A stretch of 64,000 bases of DNA from Spirochaetota bacterium. Lineage in GTDB: Bacteria > Spirochaetota > UBA4802 > UBA5550. Below are positions 19,103 to 27,390 of the stretch, piece after piece (the first letter of the stretch is position 1; each line of letters begins with the position of its first letter). The stretch spans positions 5,696 through 69,695 of the forward strand of contig DAIOFM010000007.1 of NCBI GenBank assembly GCA_036745755.1. The letters run 5' to 3'. The notes under the pieces were generated by a model. That model saw nothing but the letters and a program-made list of their open reading frames with translations, was not told where the DNA came from and did not search any database. The translations under genes were made by a program, and so were the position numbers.

Positions 19103-19549
19103 CTACTTCCAGAGTTTACCTTTATACTTCTCCCTATTTTTACCATCCATAACATCAAGAAGATCATTGTTTATCGGCGGAAAAATTTTAACTGCCTCTA
19201 TTTCATCCCTGCCGAAGAACCTGTAATCATATAATCTCTGTTCCTCGCCAAGTTCGAAATCCCCGCCTGAATAAGTACACAAAAAACATATATTTACAAC
19301 ATGCCTGTCACCTGAAGGATCTATTGAGTCAGATATCATAGCGACATCATTAACTTCTACCGATACATTAAGCTCCTCTATAAACTCCCGCTTAAGGGCC
19401 TCTGAGAGAGATTCGCCGTAATCCACCCCTCCCCCCGGCAGCAGCCAGTATACTTCGTCATTCTTTTTATGAGCAATAAGCAGTAAACGGCCACCTTTGA
19501 TAAGAATCCCCGCGACCCTTATTCTTACATCACGGTTATTATCGCTCAA
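19103..19549 (-). CDS. NUDIX hydrolase
   Basis: Nudix box GGGVDYGESLSEALKREFIEELNV (Gx5Ex7REUxEExGU). Confidence 0.8.
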   Translation of the reverse strand: MSDNNRDVRIRVAGILIKGGRLLLIAHKKNDEVYWLLPGGGVDYGESLSEALKREFIEELNVSVEVNDVAMISDSIDPSGDRHVVNICFLCTYSGGDFELGEEQRLYDYRFFGRDEIEAVKIFPPINNDLLDVMDGKNREKYKGKLWK

Positions 19550-20310
19550 ATTTCACCGCCGCTCTTTTCAATTTTTTTAAGGATGTGCTCTGCAGCCATC
19601 ATTTCAGCCTTTCTTTTACTGCTTCCAGTCCCTCGTGACACCTCATTCCCCTTAATCAGCAGTCGTACTATAAATTCTTTCTTATGATCAGGACCTCTTT
19701 CCTCTATAACTTCATAAACAGGTCTTTCCTTATATTTTTTCTGCACATACTCCTGCAATGTTGTCTTGGGGTCCCTGAGATAAGTCATCCTGTCAATTCG
19801 CTCAATGTCCTTCTTTAAAAGCGCCAGGATGAATTTACGGCATTCTCTCAGACCGGAATCGAGATAAACGGCGCCGATAAGAGCTTCAAAGGAATTCGCA
19901 AGAATAGAAGCTCTGTCCCTTCCTCCGCTCAGCTCTTCACCCTTTCCCATAAGGAGGTAATTGCCAAGATTTATATCCCGGGCCACCTTCGCAAGCGTTG
20001 CTTCGGAAACCACTGCCGATTTGATTTTGGCCAGATCCCCTTCAGGATAATCTTCAAATCTCCTGAAAAGGTATTCATTTACAATTAGACCCAATACCGA
20101 GTCACCAAGATATTCCAGTCTTTCATTGTCCTTTATTTTATCTGTTGAAGATTCATTTACGTAAGACCTGTGTATTAAGGCCCTGTTGAGGAGGCTTTTC
20201 TCCTTGAACTTGACATGAATTATGTTTTGAAGTATGCTGAGTTGCTTATATCTTATCTTCTTACTGTCTGATTCACTTTTTTCTTTTTTCTTGTGGTTCA
20301 TAATTTTCAT
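19546..20310 (-). CDS. rnc: Ribonuclease III
   Basis: Signature ERLEYLGDSVLGL plus a C-terminal dsRBD. There are 4-nt overlaps with acpP upstream and the nudix gene downstream. Confidence 0.9.
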   Translation of the reverse strand: MKIMNHKKKEKSESDSKKIRYKQLSILQNIIHVKFKEKSLLNRALIHRSYVNESSTDKIKDNERLEYLGDSVLGLIVNEYLFRRFEDYPEGDLAKIKSAVVSEATLAKVARDINLGNYLLMGKGEELSGGRDRASILANSFEALIGAVYLDSGLRECRKFILALLKKDIERIDRMTYLRDPKTTLQEYVQKKYKERPVYEVIEERGPDHKKEFIVRLLIKGNEVSRGTGSSKRKAEMMAAEHILKKIEKSGGEI

Positions 20311-20549
20311 TTATCTGATTTTTTCTTTTCAATATACCTGTAAATATCATTCAAAGTGAACAATGATTCAGCCTCCTTGTCAGGGATCTCAATATCAAAT
20401 TCAACTTCAAACGCAATTATCAGCTCAACAGTATCAATGGAATCAGCCCCCAGATCCTCAAAAAGAGAAGCTGTATCTGAAAGATTATCCACCTCCACCT
20501 CAAGCTGATTGGAAATAATTCTTTTTACCCTGTCCTTTATGTCATCCAT
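20307..20549 (-). CDS. acpP: Acyl carrier protein
   Basis: 80 aa and acidic, with the phosphopantetheine attachment motif LGADSIDTVEL. Confidence 0.85.
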   Translation of the reverse strand: MDDIKDRVKRIISNQLEVEVDNLSDTASLFEDLGADSIDTVELIIAFEVEFDIEIPDKEAESLFTLNDIYRYIEKKKSDK

Positions 20550-20676
20550 TTAGCGATCCGGAACTTTTTAAATTTGATAATTTTAATCTGACGACTGAAC
20601 CAGTCGATATATTAAAACCATCATAAATCTTTCATTAAACAAAAACATATCAAAATTCTAATTTGTCAAGACATAA

Positions 20677-20710
20677 TAAAAAAGGGATACCATAATGGAA
20701 CCCCTTTTTT
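20677..20710 (-). terminator. Terminator-like hairpin downstream of rpmF
   Basis: Imperfect GGGATACC/TGGAACCCC hairpin flanked by an A-run and a T-run (aaaaaaggg...cccctttttttt). On the minus strand it is followed by a U-run. Confidence 0.45.
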
Positions 20711-20733
20711 TTTAATCAGACTGAATACAATTT

Positions 20734-20925
20734 TTATTCACTGATCTTGACCTTCTTTTCCACTACCAGTTCATTTTTATAATAACCGCATTCAGAACAG
20801 ACCCTGTGCGGTAAAGTATAGGCACCGCACTTAGGGCAGGGCCTCAAATTTGGAACACCAATCGCTTCATGAGCCCTTCTCATACGTGATTTTGATTTTG
20901 ATTTTCTTCGCTTTGGTACTGCCAC
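20734..20925 (-). CDS. rpmF: 50S ribosomal protein L32
   Basis: [20 protein letters not shown]-terminus and a CPKC...CSEC zinc ribbon. Confidence 0.9.
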   Translation of the reverse strand: MAVPKRRKSKSKSRMRRAHEAIGVPNLRPCPKCGAYTLPHRVCSECGYYKNELVVEKKVKISE

Positions 20926-21076
20926 TTTGGAACTCCATATATTCTCAAATTTTTACCCTAATTTCCTGAAAAAATTAAAGGGATAATCTCTTAAAAAAAT
21001 AAAATACATACTACTAATTTTAAACAAAAATACCTGTATATGTGTCAAGTATATTTTACAATAATAAACTTCTATT

Positions 21077-21763
21077 TCATACTCCAAGGAGCAACAGGCG
21101 TTCTCTTGCCCTCTCAGAAAAAACTGATTCGGGATAAGAGGATATCACTCTATTAAAATATTCCTTTGCCTTCAGCCTGTCACCTTTTATTACACAGAGC
21201 CTTCCGGAATTATACAATATCTGATCCATTACAATTGAATCGTCATTTTCCTCTGCAAATTTCTGAAGAAGAACCAGCGCATCATCAGTTTTACCCAGTT
21301 CTTCAAGACAGACTGACGCCTTAATAACTGCAACTGGAACAAAAATTCTGTCGCTTGATGATTTTTTCATAAATGAATTAAACATTTCGCAAGCTTCTTC
21401 ATATTTTTCATCTTCATAAAGAAGATTACCCAGCATGTATAAACTCATTTCATGTGTCTGCCCGAACCATGTCCTGTCAGCCAGCGCGCGGAGATCTGCT
21501 ATGGTTTTATCCTTTACCGCCCTGTCAGAAGGATTCATCCTGTATGAATCAATAATCAATTCATAACTTTTAAAATTTGAAGAAGCAGAACCCTCGATAT
21601 ATACAAACAACGAAAGAAACAACACTGCAAAAACAGTAATTCCTGCTGCAGATAACTTCACGATTTTGCTGTTTCCTTTAAGAAAATCCCTGGCAATCAT
21701 TAAATACTGCTCAATGACATTTCTTTCAATCTCTATATTGCCTTTGTTTCTTTTAGCGGCCAT
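21077..21763 (-). CDS. Membrane-anchored TPR protein (YfgM-like architecture)
   Basis: One N-terminal TM helix (LSAAGITVFAVLFLSLFVYI) followed by TPR-like repeats. Confidence 0.45.
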   Translation of the reverse strand: MAAKRNKGNIEIERNVIEQYLMIARDFLKGNSKIVKLSAAGITVFAVLFLSLFVYIEGSASSNFKSYELIIDSYRMNPSDRAVKDKTIADLRALADRTWFGQTHEMSLYMLGNLLYEDEKYEEACEMFNSFMKKSSSDRIFVPVAVIKASVCLEELGKTDDALVLLQKFAEENDDSIVMDQILYNSGRLCVIKGDRLKAKEYFNRVISSYPESVFSERARERLLLLGV

Positions 21764-21765
21764 AA

Positions 21766-23439
21766 TTATTTCTTATCTCCAAGGTCGATATTGATAATAT
21801 CACCAAGTGTCACGGTATTAGGACTGGTTTTTTTCAGAATCTTATTTACTTCTTCTTTTTCAGACATTATCTCATAATGTTTTATACTTAAAGAAAGCCT
21901 TTTTTTGTCAGTATCCACATCAAGCACCACAGCGTCTACACTGTCCCCCACCTTAAAATAATCCTCAAGGTTATCAATTCTGTTTCTTGAAACCTCAGAA
22001 ATGTGAACAAGACCTTCAACATCATCCTGAAGTTTGACAAAAATTCCAAACTGGGTTATACCTGATATTGTTCCCTGAACTTTTGTTCTTGGAGGATATT
22101 TTTCCTTGATAGATTCCCAGGGAGATTTCATAAGCTGTTTGATCCCGCATGAAATCTTCATGTCCCTTTTATTGATATCAAGTATTTTAAACTCAACATC
22201 TTCCCCGACTTTAAACATGGAGTTAAGCTCTTTCACATTATCATCCCATGAAATATCGGAAATATGAACCAGCCCGTCAATACCCTCTTCAAGCTCAACA
22301 AAAACACCGAATTTTACTATTTTCCTTACAGCCTTGGTGTGAGTAGAGCCGACAGGAAATCTTTCCCCTATTGTGCTCCAGGGGTTAGGCAACAGTTGCT
22401 TATATCCCAATGATATCTTCTTATCCTCACTGTTTATGTTAAGGACTTTAAGTTCCACCTCTGCCCCTTTCTCAAAATAATCCTTAACATCAGCATTATT
22501 CTTGGTCCAGGAAAGCTCGGAGTTGCTCAGGAAACCTTCAATATCTTCATCAATCTGAATAAATGCCCCGACAGCAGTGAGAGTCACCACTCTCCCTTTA
22601 ACTGTATCATCTATTTTGATCCTTTCCTCTATATCAAGCCACGGATCATTTCTCAGCTGTTTAAGCCCGAGTGATATCTTACCTTCATCCCTGTTAATCG
22701 AGAGAATTATAAAATCCCTGGCTTCACCCTGTTTCAGTAGTTTTCTCTGTTTGAAAACCTTTTTCCATGACATATCATTTCTGTGCAGCAGAGCGTCAAG
22801 CCCTTCAACGCGGACAAAAGCTCCGAATTCTACAAATTTTATAACCTCACCGCTTACAATATCACCTTCCTTGTATTTTGCGGCAAAGTTTTCCCAGTTT
22901 TTCTTGTTCTGCTCATCAAGATAATCCTTCCTTGATATAACAACAGACTTTTTCCTGGAATCTACTGTTTTAATTAAAAATGTATACTCTTCTTCGGATT
23001 CAGCGATTGTCTTAAGATCACCTGTAAGGGAATAGGGAAGAAAAACATTCATGTTCCCGCATGCCACTATCTTACCCTTATTACTGGAAGATTTTATCCG
23101 GCCTGTAATTTCCCTGTTCCCCTGCTCATAAAAATCAATGAATTCTTTCCACCCCTTTTCAGCAATGGCAGCTTTTCTTGAAAAATGGTAAACACCGTCA
23201 ACGAGCTTTTTATTCATTAGCTTGACATCATATACCTCACCGACTTGCGGTGCAGTTTCAAATTCTTCAAGTGCCACCCTTCCGTCAGATTTGGTGCCGA
23301 CATTCACATAAGCATATCCTGAGTCAACAGTTACTATCTCACCTTTGACAATCATGCCGGTCTGAAGCTCTTCCAGTGCGGAATCAGCGACAGATTCCAT
23401 ATCGATAGCTTCATAATTATCATCTGCAATCGGGGTCAT
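21766..23439 (-). CDS. rpsA: 30S ribosomal protein S1
   Basis: Six repeats of the S1 motif (G.I..I..FGAFV......GL.H.S). Confidence 0.9.
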   Translation of the reverse strand: MTPIADDNYEAIDMESVADSALEELQTGMIVKGEIVTVDSGYAYVNVGTKSDGRVALEEFETAPQVGEVYDVKLMNKKLVDGVYHFSRKAAIAEKGWKEFIDFYEQGNREITGRIKSSSNKGKIVACGNMNVFLPYSLTGDLKTIAESEEEYTFLIKTVDSRKKSVVISRKDYLDEQNKKNWENFAAKYKEGDIVSGEVIKFVEFGAFVRVEGLDALLHRNDMSWKKVFKQRKLLKQGEARDFIILSINRDEGKISLGLKQLRNDPWLDIEERIKIDDTVKGRVVTLTAVGAFIQIDEDIEGFLSNSELSWTKNNADVKDYFEKGAEVELKVLNINSEDKKISLGYKQLLPNPWSTIGERFPVGSTHTKAVRKIVKFGVFVELEEGIDGLVHISDISWDDNVKELNSMFKVGEDVEFKILDINKRDMKISCGIKQLMKSPWESIKEKYPPRTKVQGTISGITQFGIFVKLQDDVEGLVHISEVSRNRIDNLEDYFKVGDSVDAVVLDVDTDKKRLSLSIKHYEIMSEKEEVNKILKKTSPNTVTLGDIINIDLGDKK

Positions 23440-23466
23440 AAATTACACCTTACTTTATCAAAATCA

Positions 23467-24144
23467 TTAAATTCTATTAATAAGTCCTTTAAGTTTATCA
23501 ACAACTTCATCAAAAGTCATCTCTGAAGTGTCAATATAAAGAGCGTCATCAGCCTTTTTCAAAGGAGCAAACTCCCTGTTCTGATCATTAAAGTCTCGCT
23601 GTATAATCTGATTTCTGATAGAATTTTCGTCAACTTTTTTTCCCAAATCAGCATATTCTTTCACTCTTCTGGTAGTCCTCACATCAACGGAGGCATCCAG
23701 GTAGATTTTAATGTCAGCATGGGGGAAAACAACCGTACCGATATCACGTCCATCCATAATTACTGAATTTTCTCCGGACCATCCGCGAAGCAGAGAATTA
23801 ACAAACTCCCTTATACTGTTATTGTCAGAAAAATTACTTATATTCTTCGCAACACTCTCCTCCCTAATTAAAAGGGACACATCACTGCCATTAACGTATG
23901 TTTTCGCCTTACCATCAGTGCAAAATTCCTGTTCAATCAGGACATCAGCAAGCTTTTCAGCCGGTTCCTCAACATTCCTGAAATCGGGATAATTATTCAT
24001 AAAAAACCAGGTGATAGCTCTGTAAATTGCGCCGGAATCTATATACTGCAGGCCCAGTTCAAGCGCTGTTTTGCGGCATACACTGCTCTTTCCTGAACCG
24101 GCAGGTCCATCCACCGCTACTGTAATTCTTTTTCCGTTTTTCAT
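23467..24144 (-). CDS. cmk: Cytidylate kinase
   Basis: P-loop VDGPAGSGKSSV, followed by YIDSGAIYRA. The classical cmk-rpsA linkage is present. Confidence 0.9.
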   Translation of the reverse strand: MKNGKRITVAVDGPAGSGKSSVCRKTALELGLQYIDSGAIYRAITWFFMNNYPDFRNVEEPAEKLADVLIEQEFCTDGKAKTYVNGSDVSLLIREESVAKNISNFSDNNSIREFVNSLLRGWSGENSVIMDGRDIGTVVFPHADIKIYLDASVDVRTTRRVKEYADLGKKVDENSIRNQIIQRDFNDQNREFAPLKKADDALYIDTSEMTFDEVVDKLKGLINRI

Positions 24145-24770
24145 TATTGCTCTAAATCTATTGAAAATTCTTTTATTTCCGACAGTTTGGGGAGATCCGA
24201 AAGTTTATTAAGCCCGAAATAACGCAGAAATTCATCTGTCGTCCCGTAAGCGAGGGGCCTGCCTGGAAGCTCTTTTCTTCCAACAGGCTTAACAAGATTT
24301 CTTTTCATAAGGTTGGCCACCATCATCCTTGAAGAAGCCCCCCGGAGTTCATCAATATCGGCAAGGACTATCGGCTGTTTATACGCTATTATTGCCAGGG
24401 TCTCAAGCATACCCTTCGACAGACTCTCTCTCTTGCGCAAACCCAGGGCATGCCTTAACTGCTCCGCAAAACGGGCGTTTGTGACAAACTGGTACCCGTT
24501 AGAGAGTTCCGCAAGGCGTATACCGCCATCCCTTTCCTCGTATTCATCAACGAGGGAATCGATAATAATCTTTGTCTGTGTCGGATCGATCATGAAATTT
24601 TTCACGAAAAAACTGATCGGCACAGGTTCATTACTCAGGAAAAACACTGCCTCAAAAAGACTTTTAAGGTAATGCTCTCTATCAGCCTCATCCTCAGCAA
24701 CCAGCTCCTGCTCCTGCTCATCGAGCTGCTCATCATCTGTTATCTGATTATTATTTTCAGATTCTCCCAT
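24144..24770 (-). CDS. scpB: Segregation and condensation protein B
   Basis: Acidic N-terminus followed by ScpB-like winged-helix repeats (ETLAIIAYKQPI....IDELRG, GRPLAYGTTDEFLRYFGL). Confidence 0.8.
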   Translation of the reverse strand: MGESENNNQITDDEQLDEQEQELVAEDEADREHYLKSLFEAVFFLSNEPVPISFFVKNFMIDPTQTKIIIDSLVDEYEERDGGIRLAELSNGYQFVTNARFAEQLRHALGLRKRESLSKGMLETLAIIAYKQPIVLADIDELRGASSRMMVANLMKRNLVKPVGRKELPGRPLAYGTTDEFLRYFGLNKLSDLPKLSEIKEFSIDLEQ

Positions 24771-24927
24771 ATCCTTACCATTATAAAAAATACAACCCGG
24801 ATTTTACTCCACCATTTATTTATACAATCAGGCTGTATGCCGTTAACATCATAACTTCTCAAATATATATAACGACAGAATCATACCAGAGTGTTGAGTC
24901 ATCCCTTTATACAGTTATTACTGATGT

Positions 24928-25698
24928 TCAGTTTTCTATATTTTCAAGGGTAAAATTACGGAGTATTCTGATTTCACCGAATACTCTATGCTGCTGGACT
25001 TTTACCATCAGGGTTTTCGACATTTCAAGCATTGCAAGAAATGTTGCGATTACCTCTGCCTTTGTAGGCCTTCCGGAAAAAATCTCAGTGAAAAGAACCA
25101 TATCTTTTTCTTTCAACAGTTCTGTTATATATTCAATCCTGTCGCTGACCAGTATTTCGTCAAATATTATTTCCCCTGTTTCAACCTCATTAGTAGAGTT
25201 TAAAACATTTGAAAATGCCTTTAAAAGCTCATAGAGGGAAACATCAAGATAATACTCCTCCTCTCCAAGCTCATCCAGAACATTGTTTCTTATAAAAACA
25301 TTATTCTGAACCTCATACATACCCCTTAATTCATCCGTGACTTTCTGATATTTTTTATATTCCAGAAGTTTCTGAATCAGCTCCGGAGGAAGAGGCTGGG
25401 TAAAATATTCGTCATCAACATCTCCGGCAGGGAGGAGAGCCCTGCTTTTATAAAAGATAAGCTCAGAAGCAAGAAGTATAAAATCTGAAGCCAGTTTTAC
25501 ATCCATATCTTCCATCAGCTTCAGGAACGCTATATACTGTTCAGTTATTTTCGAAAGAGAAACTTCCGTTATATCAATTTTTGATTTTTTTATCAGTTCC
25601 CAAAGAAGATCAAGAGGGCCGCTGAACTTTTCAATATTAATGATATATCCGTTCTCTTTCTCCTGGTTGTCTGGAATTATTGTACTGTTCTCAGTCAT
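24928..25698 (-). CDS. scpA: Segregation and condensation protein A (kleisin)
   Basis: Contains FSGPLDLLWELIKKSKIDITEVSLSKITEQY, the typical ScpA N-terminus. Confidence 0.8.
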   Translation of the reverse strand: MTENSTIIPDNQEKENGYIINIEKFSGPLDLLWELIKKSKIDITEVSLSKITEQYIAFLKLMEDMDVKLASDFILLASELIFYKSRALLPAGDVDDEYFTQPLPPELIQKLLEYKKYQKVTDELRGMYEVQNNVFIRNNVLDELGEEEYYLDVSLYELLKAFSNVLNSTNEVETGEIIFDEILVSDRIEYITELLKEKDMVLFTEIFSGRPTKAEVIATFLAMLEMSKTLMVKVQQHRVFGEIRILRNFTLENIEN

Positions 25699-25732
25699 TT
25701 AATATTATTCACTTCACGGATCGGTTTTAATT

Positions 25733-25761
25733 AAAAAAAATACCCCCTAACAACTAAGGGG
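25733..25761 (-). terminator. Rho-independent terminator after cheY
   Basis: On the minus strand, CCCCT-tagttgtt-AGGGG is followed by gtaTTTTTTTT (plus-strand A8 at 25733-25740). Confidence 0.6.
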
Positions 25762-25808
25762 TTTGAGGGTTCACACAAATTAATATTATAAACAGTTTAA
25801 ATCCGGTT

Positions 25809-26168
25809 TTAAGAAAGAGCCTTTTCCGCTGCTTTCTGAAGTCTTTCAGGTGGAAATGGCTTAACAACAAAATCCTTAACTCCGAGTTTAATGGCTTTAG
25901 TCAAGAGGCTTTCCTGGCCGAGAGCTGTAACCATAATTATTCTCGCAGATGGATCAGTAGAGAGAATTTCCCCCGCAGCTTCAATTCCATCCTTTTCTCT
26001 CATGGTGATGTCCATGGTTACCAGATCGGGTTTGAGTTTTTTAAATAATTCTACTGCCTCGTTTCCGTTTTCCGCTTCACCAATTATTTCATGTCCGGCA
26101 GGGACAAGGGCATCTTTCACAAGGGTTCTCATAAATTTCGCATCATCTACAATCAACACTCTTGCCAT
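25809..26168 (-). CDS. cheY: Chemotaxis response regulator CheY
   Basis: 119-aa single REC domain: ILIVDDAKFMR, DITMREKDG, KPF. Confidence 0.85.
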   Translation of the reverse strand: MARVLIVDDAKFMRTLVKDALVPAGHEIIGEAENGNEAVELFKKLKPDLVTMDITMREKDGIEAAGEILSTDPSARIIMVTALGQESLLTKAIKLGVKDFVVKPFPPERLQKAAEKALS

Positions 26169-26194
26169 TTTAAAACTCCGTAGTCTTTTATTAT

Positions 26195-26223
26195 AGTATA
26201 AATATCGATAGGTTATATGTCAA
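26195..26223 (-). promoter_or_regulatory. Candidate sigma-70 promoter for cheY
   Basis: On the minus strand, TTGACA (26223-26218), a 17-nt spacer and TATACT (26200-26195). This sits about 27 nt upstream of the ATG, with GGAG as RBS. Confidence 0.4.
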
Positions 26224-26340
26224 TCCATTATAAAAATTTTTTTAGAACAAATCCAGTCATATTAAATTTTATAATGTTAACCTTCAAAATATATGGATCC
26301 GGAAACAAATCCCTCCGGGCATAATTCTACTTTAATAAAA

Positions 26341-27390
26341 CTATAAATAACTTATAATCTGATCAGTAATATTACCCAGGCTTACAACTTCCTCAGCAGC
26401 ACCCGATTCAACAGCAACCCGGTTCATACCATAAACAACGGATGTATCTTCATTCTGCGCTATTGTATGTCCGCCTGTTTTTCTGATTTTCAAAAGACCT
26501 TCAGCCCCGTCTCTTCCCATTCCGGTCATAATGACACCGACCGAACTCTTCCCTGCATTTTCAGCAACCGAATTAAAAAGAACATCTATAGAAGGCATGT
26601 GCCCTGAAACTTTTTCTGCTTTAAAAATCCTGATCTTATACCTGTCCCCTCTCTTCACAAGGGCCATGTGCGAATGTCCCGGGGCCACATAACCATGTCC
26701 CGGCAAAATATCATCTCCATCTTCAGCCTCTTTAACGGAAAGGGTTGAGCTGTCGTTAAGCCTCTTGGAAAACGCAGTTGTAAACCCCTCGGGCATATGC
26801 TGAACAACAAGAACCGGAGAAGGAAACTTATCCGGAAATTTTTTGAATACATTTATAAGAGCTGACGGCCCCCCCGTAGAGGTTCCTATTGCCACAATTT
26901 TTTCAGAAACCTCTTTTAATGTTCCACTGAATGCTCCGCCTGAACCTTCTGCATGTCCGGTTTCAGGAAGTTTATGAACATTAAGTCTGGAATTATAAAC
27001 AGACCTGATTTTTTTAACAAGCAGGTCCCCTATCTCTTCGACAGTCATTGAGAGAAGGGAGGATGGTTTCGGAACAAAATCGACAGCCCCCAGTTCCAGA
27101 GCCTTGAAAGTAGCGTCAGCACCGTGCTGAGTCAGCACACTCATCATTATCACAGGTTTCGGTCTGGAACCCATAATGTGCTTCAGGGCGGCGAGTCCAT
27201 CGAGAATAGGCATCTCGATATCCATGGTTATAACATCCGGCTCAAGCTCCTGGTTTCTGAATATTGCCGTCTTGCCGTTATTGGCTGTTCCCACAACCGT
27301 AATATCATCTTCCTTGTCGAGTATATCGGTGATTATCTTCCTGACGAGAGATGAATCATCAACGACGAGGACTTTAATCTTTTCAGACAT
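26341..27390 (-). CDS. cheB: Chemotaxis methylesterase/deamidase CheB (REC + catalytic domain)
   Basis: REC domain (VLVVDDSSLVR, DIEMPILDG) plus GTSTGGP, VQHMPEGFT and TGMGRDG. The start overlaps the cheA stop by 8 nt. Confidence 0.9.
   Translation of the reverse strand: MSEKIKVLVVDDSSLVRKIITDILDKEDDITVVGTANNGKTAIFRNQELEPDVITMDIEMPILDGLAALKHIMGSRPKPVIMMSVLTQHGADATFKALELGAVDFVPKPSSLLSMTVEEIGDLLVKKIRSVYNSRLNVHKLPETGHAEGSGGAFSGTLKEVSEKIVAIGTSTGGPSALINVFKKFPDKFPSPVLVVQHMPEGFTTAFSKRLNDSSTLSVKEAEDGDDILPGHGYVAPGHSHMALVKRGDRYKIRIFKAEKVSGHMPSIDVLFNSVAENAGKSSVGVIMTGMGRDGAEGLLKIRKTGGHTIAQNEDTSVVYGMNRVAVESGAAEEVVSLGNITDQIISYL

Noticed and set aside
26217-26229. Identical 13-mer ATGTCAATCCATT (minus-strand AATGGATTGACAT) in the predicted cheY and rpoN promoters (the second copy is at 57738-57750)
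   Set aside because: Dozens of 13-mer pairs are expected by chance in a window this size. Half of the match is just the TTGACA -35 consensus.
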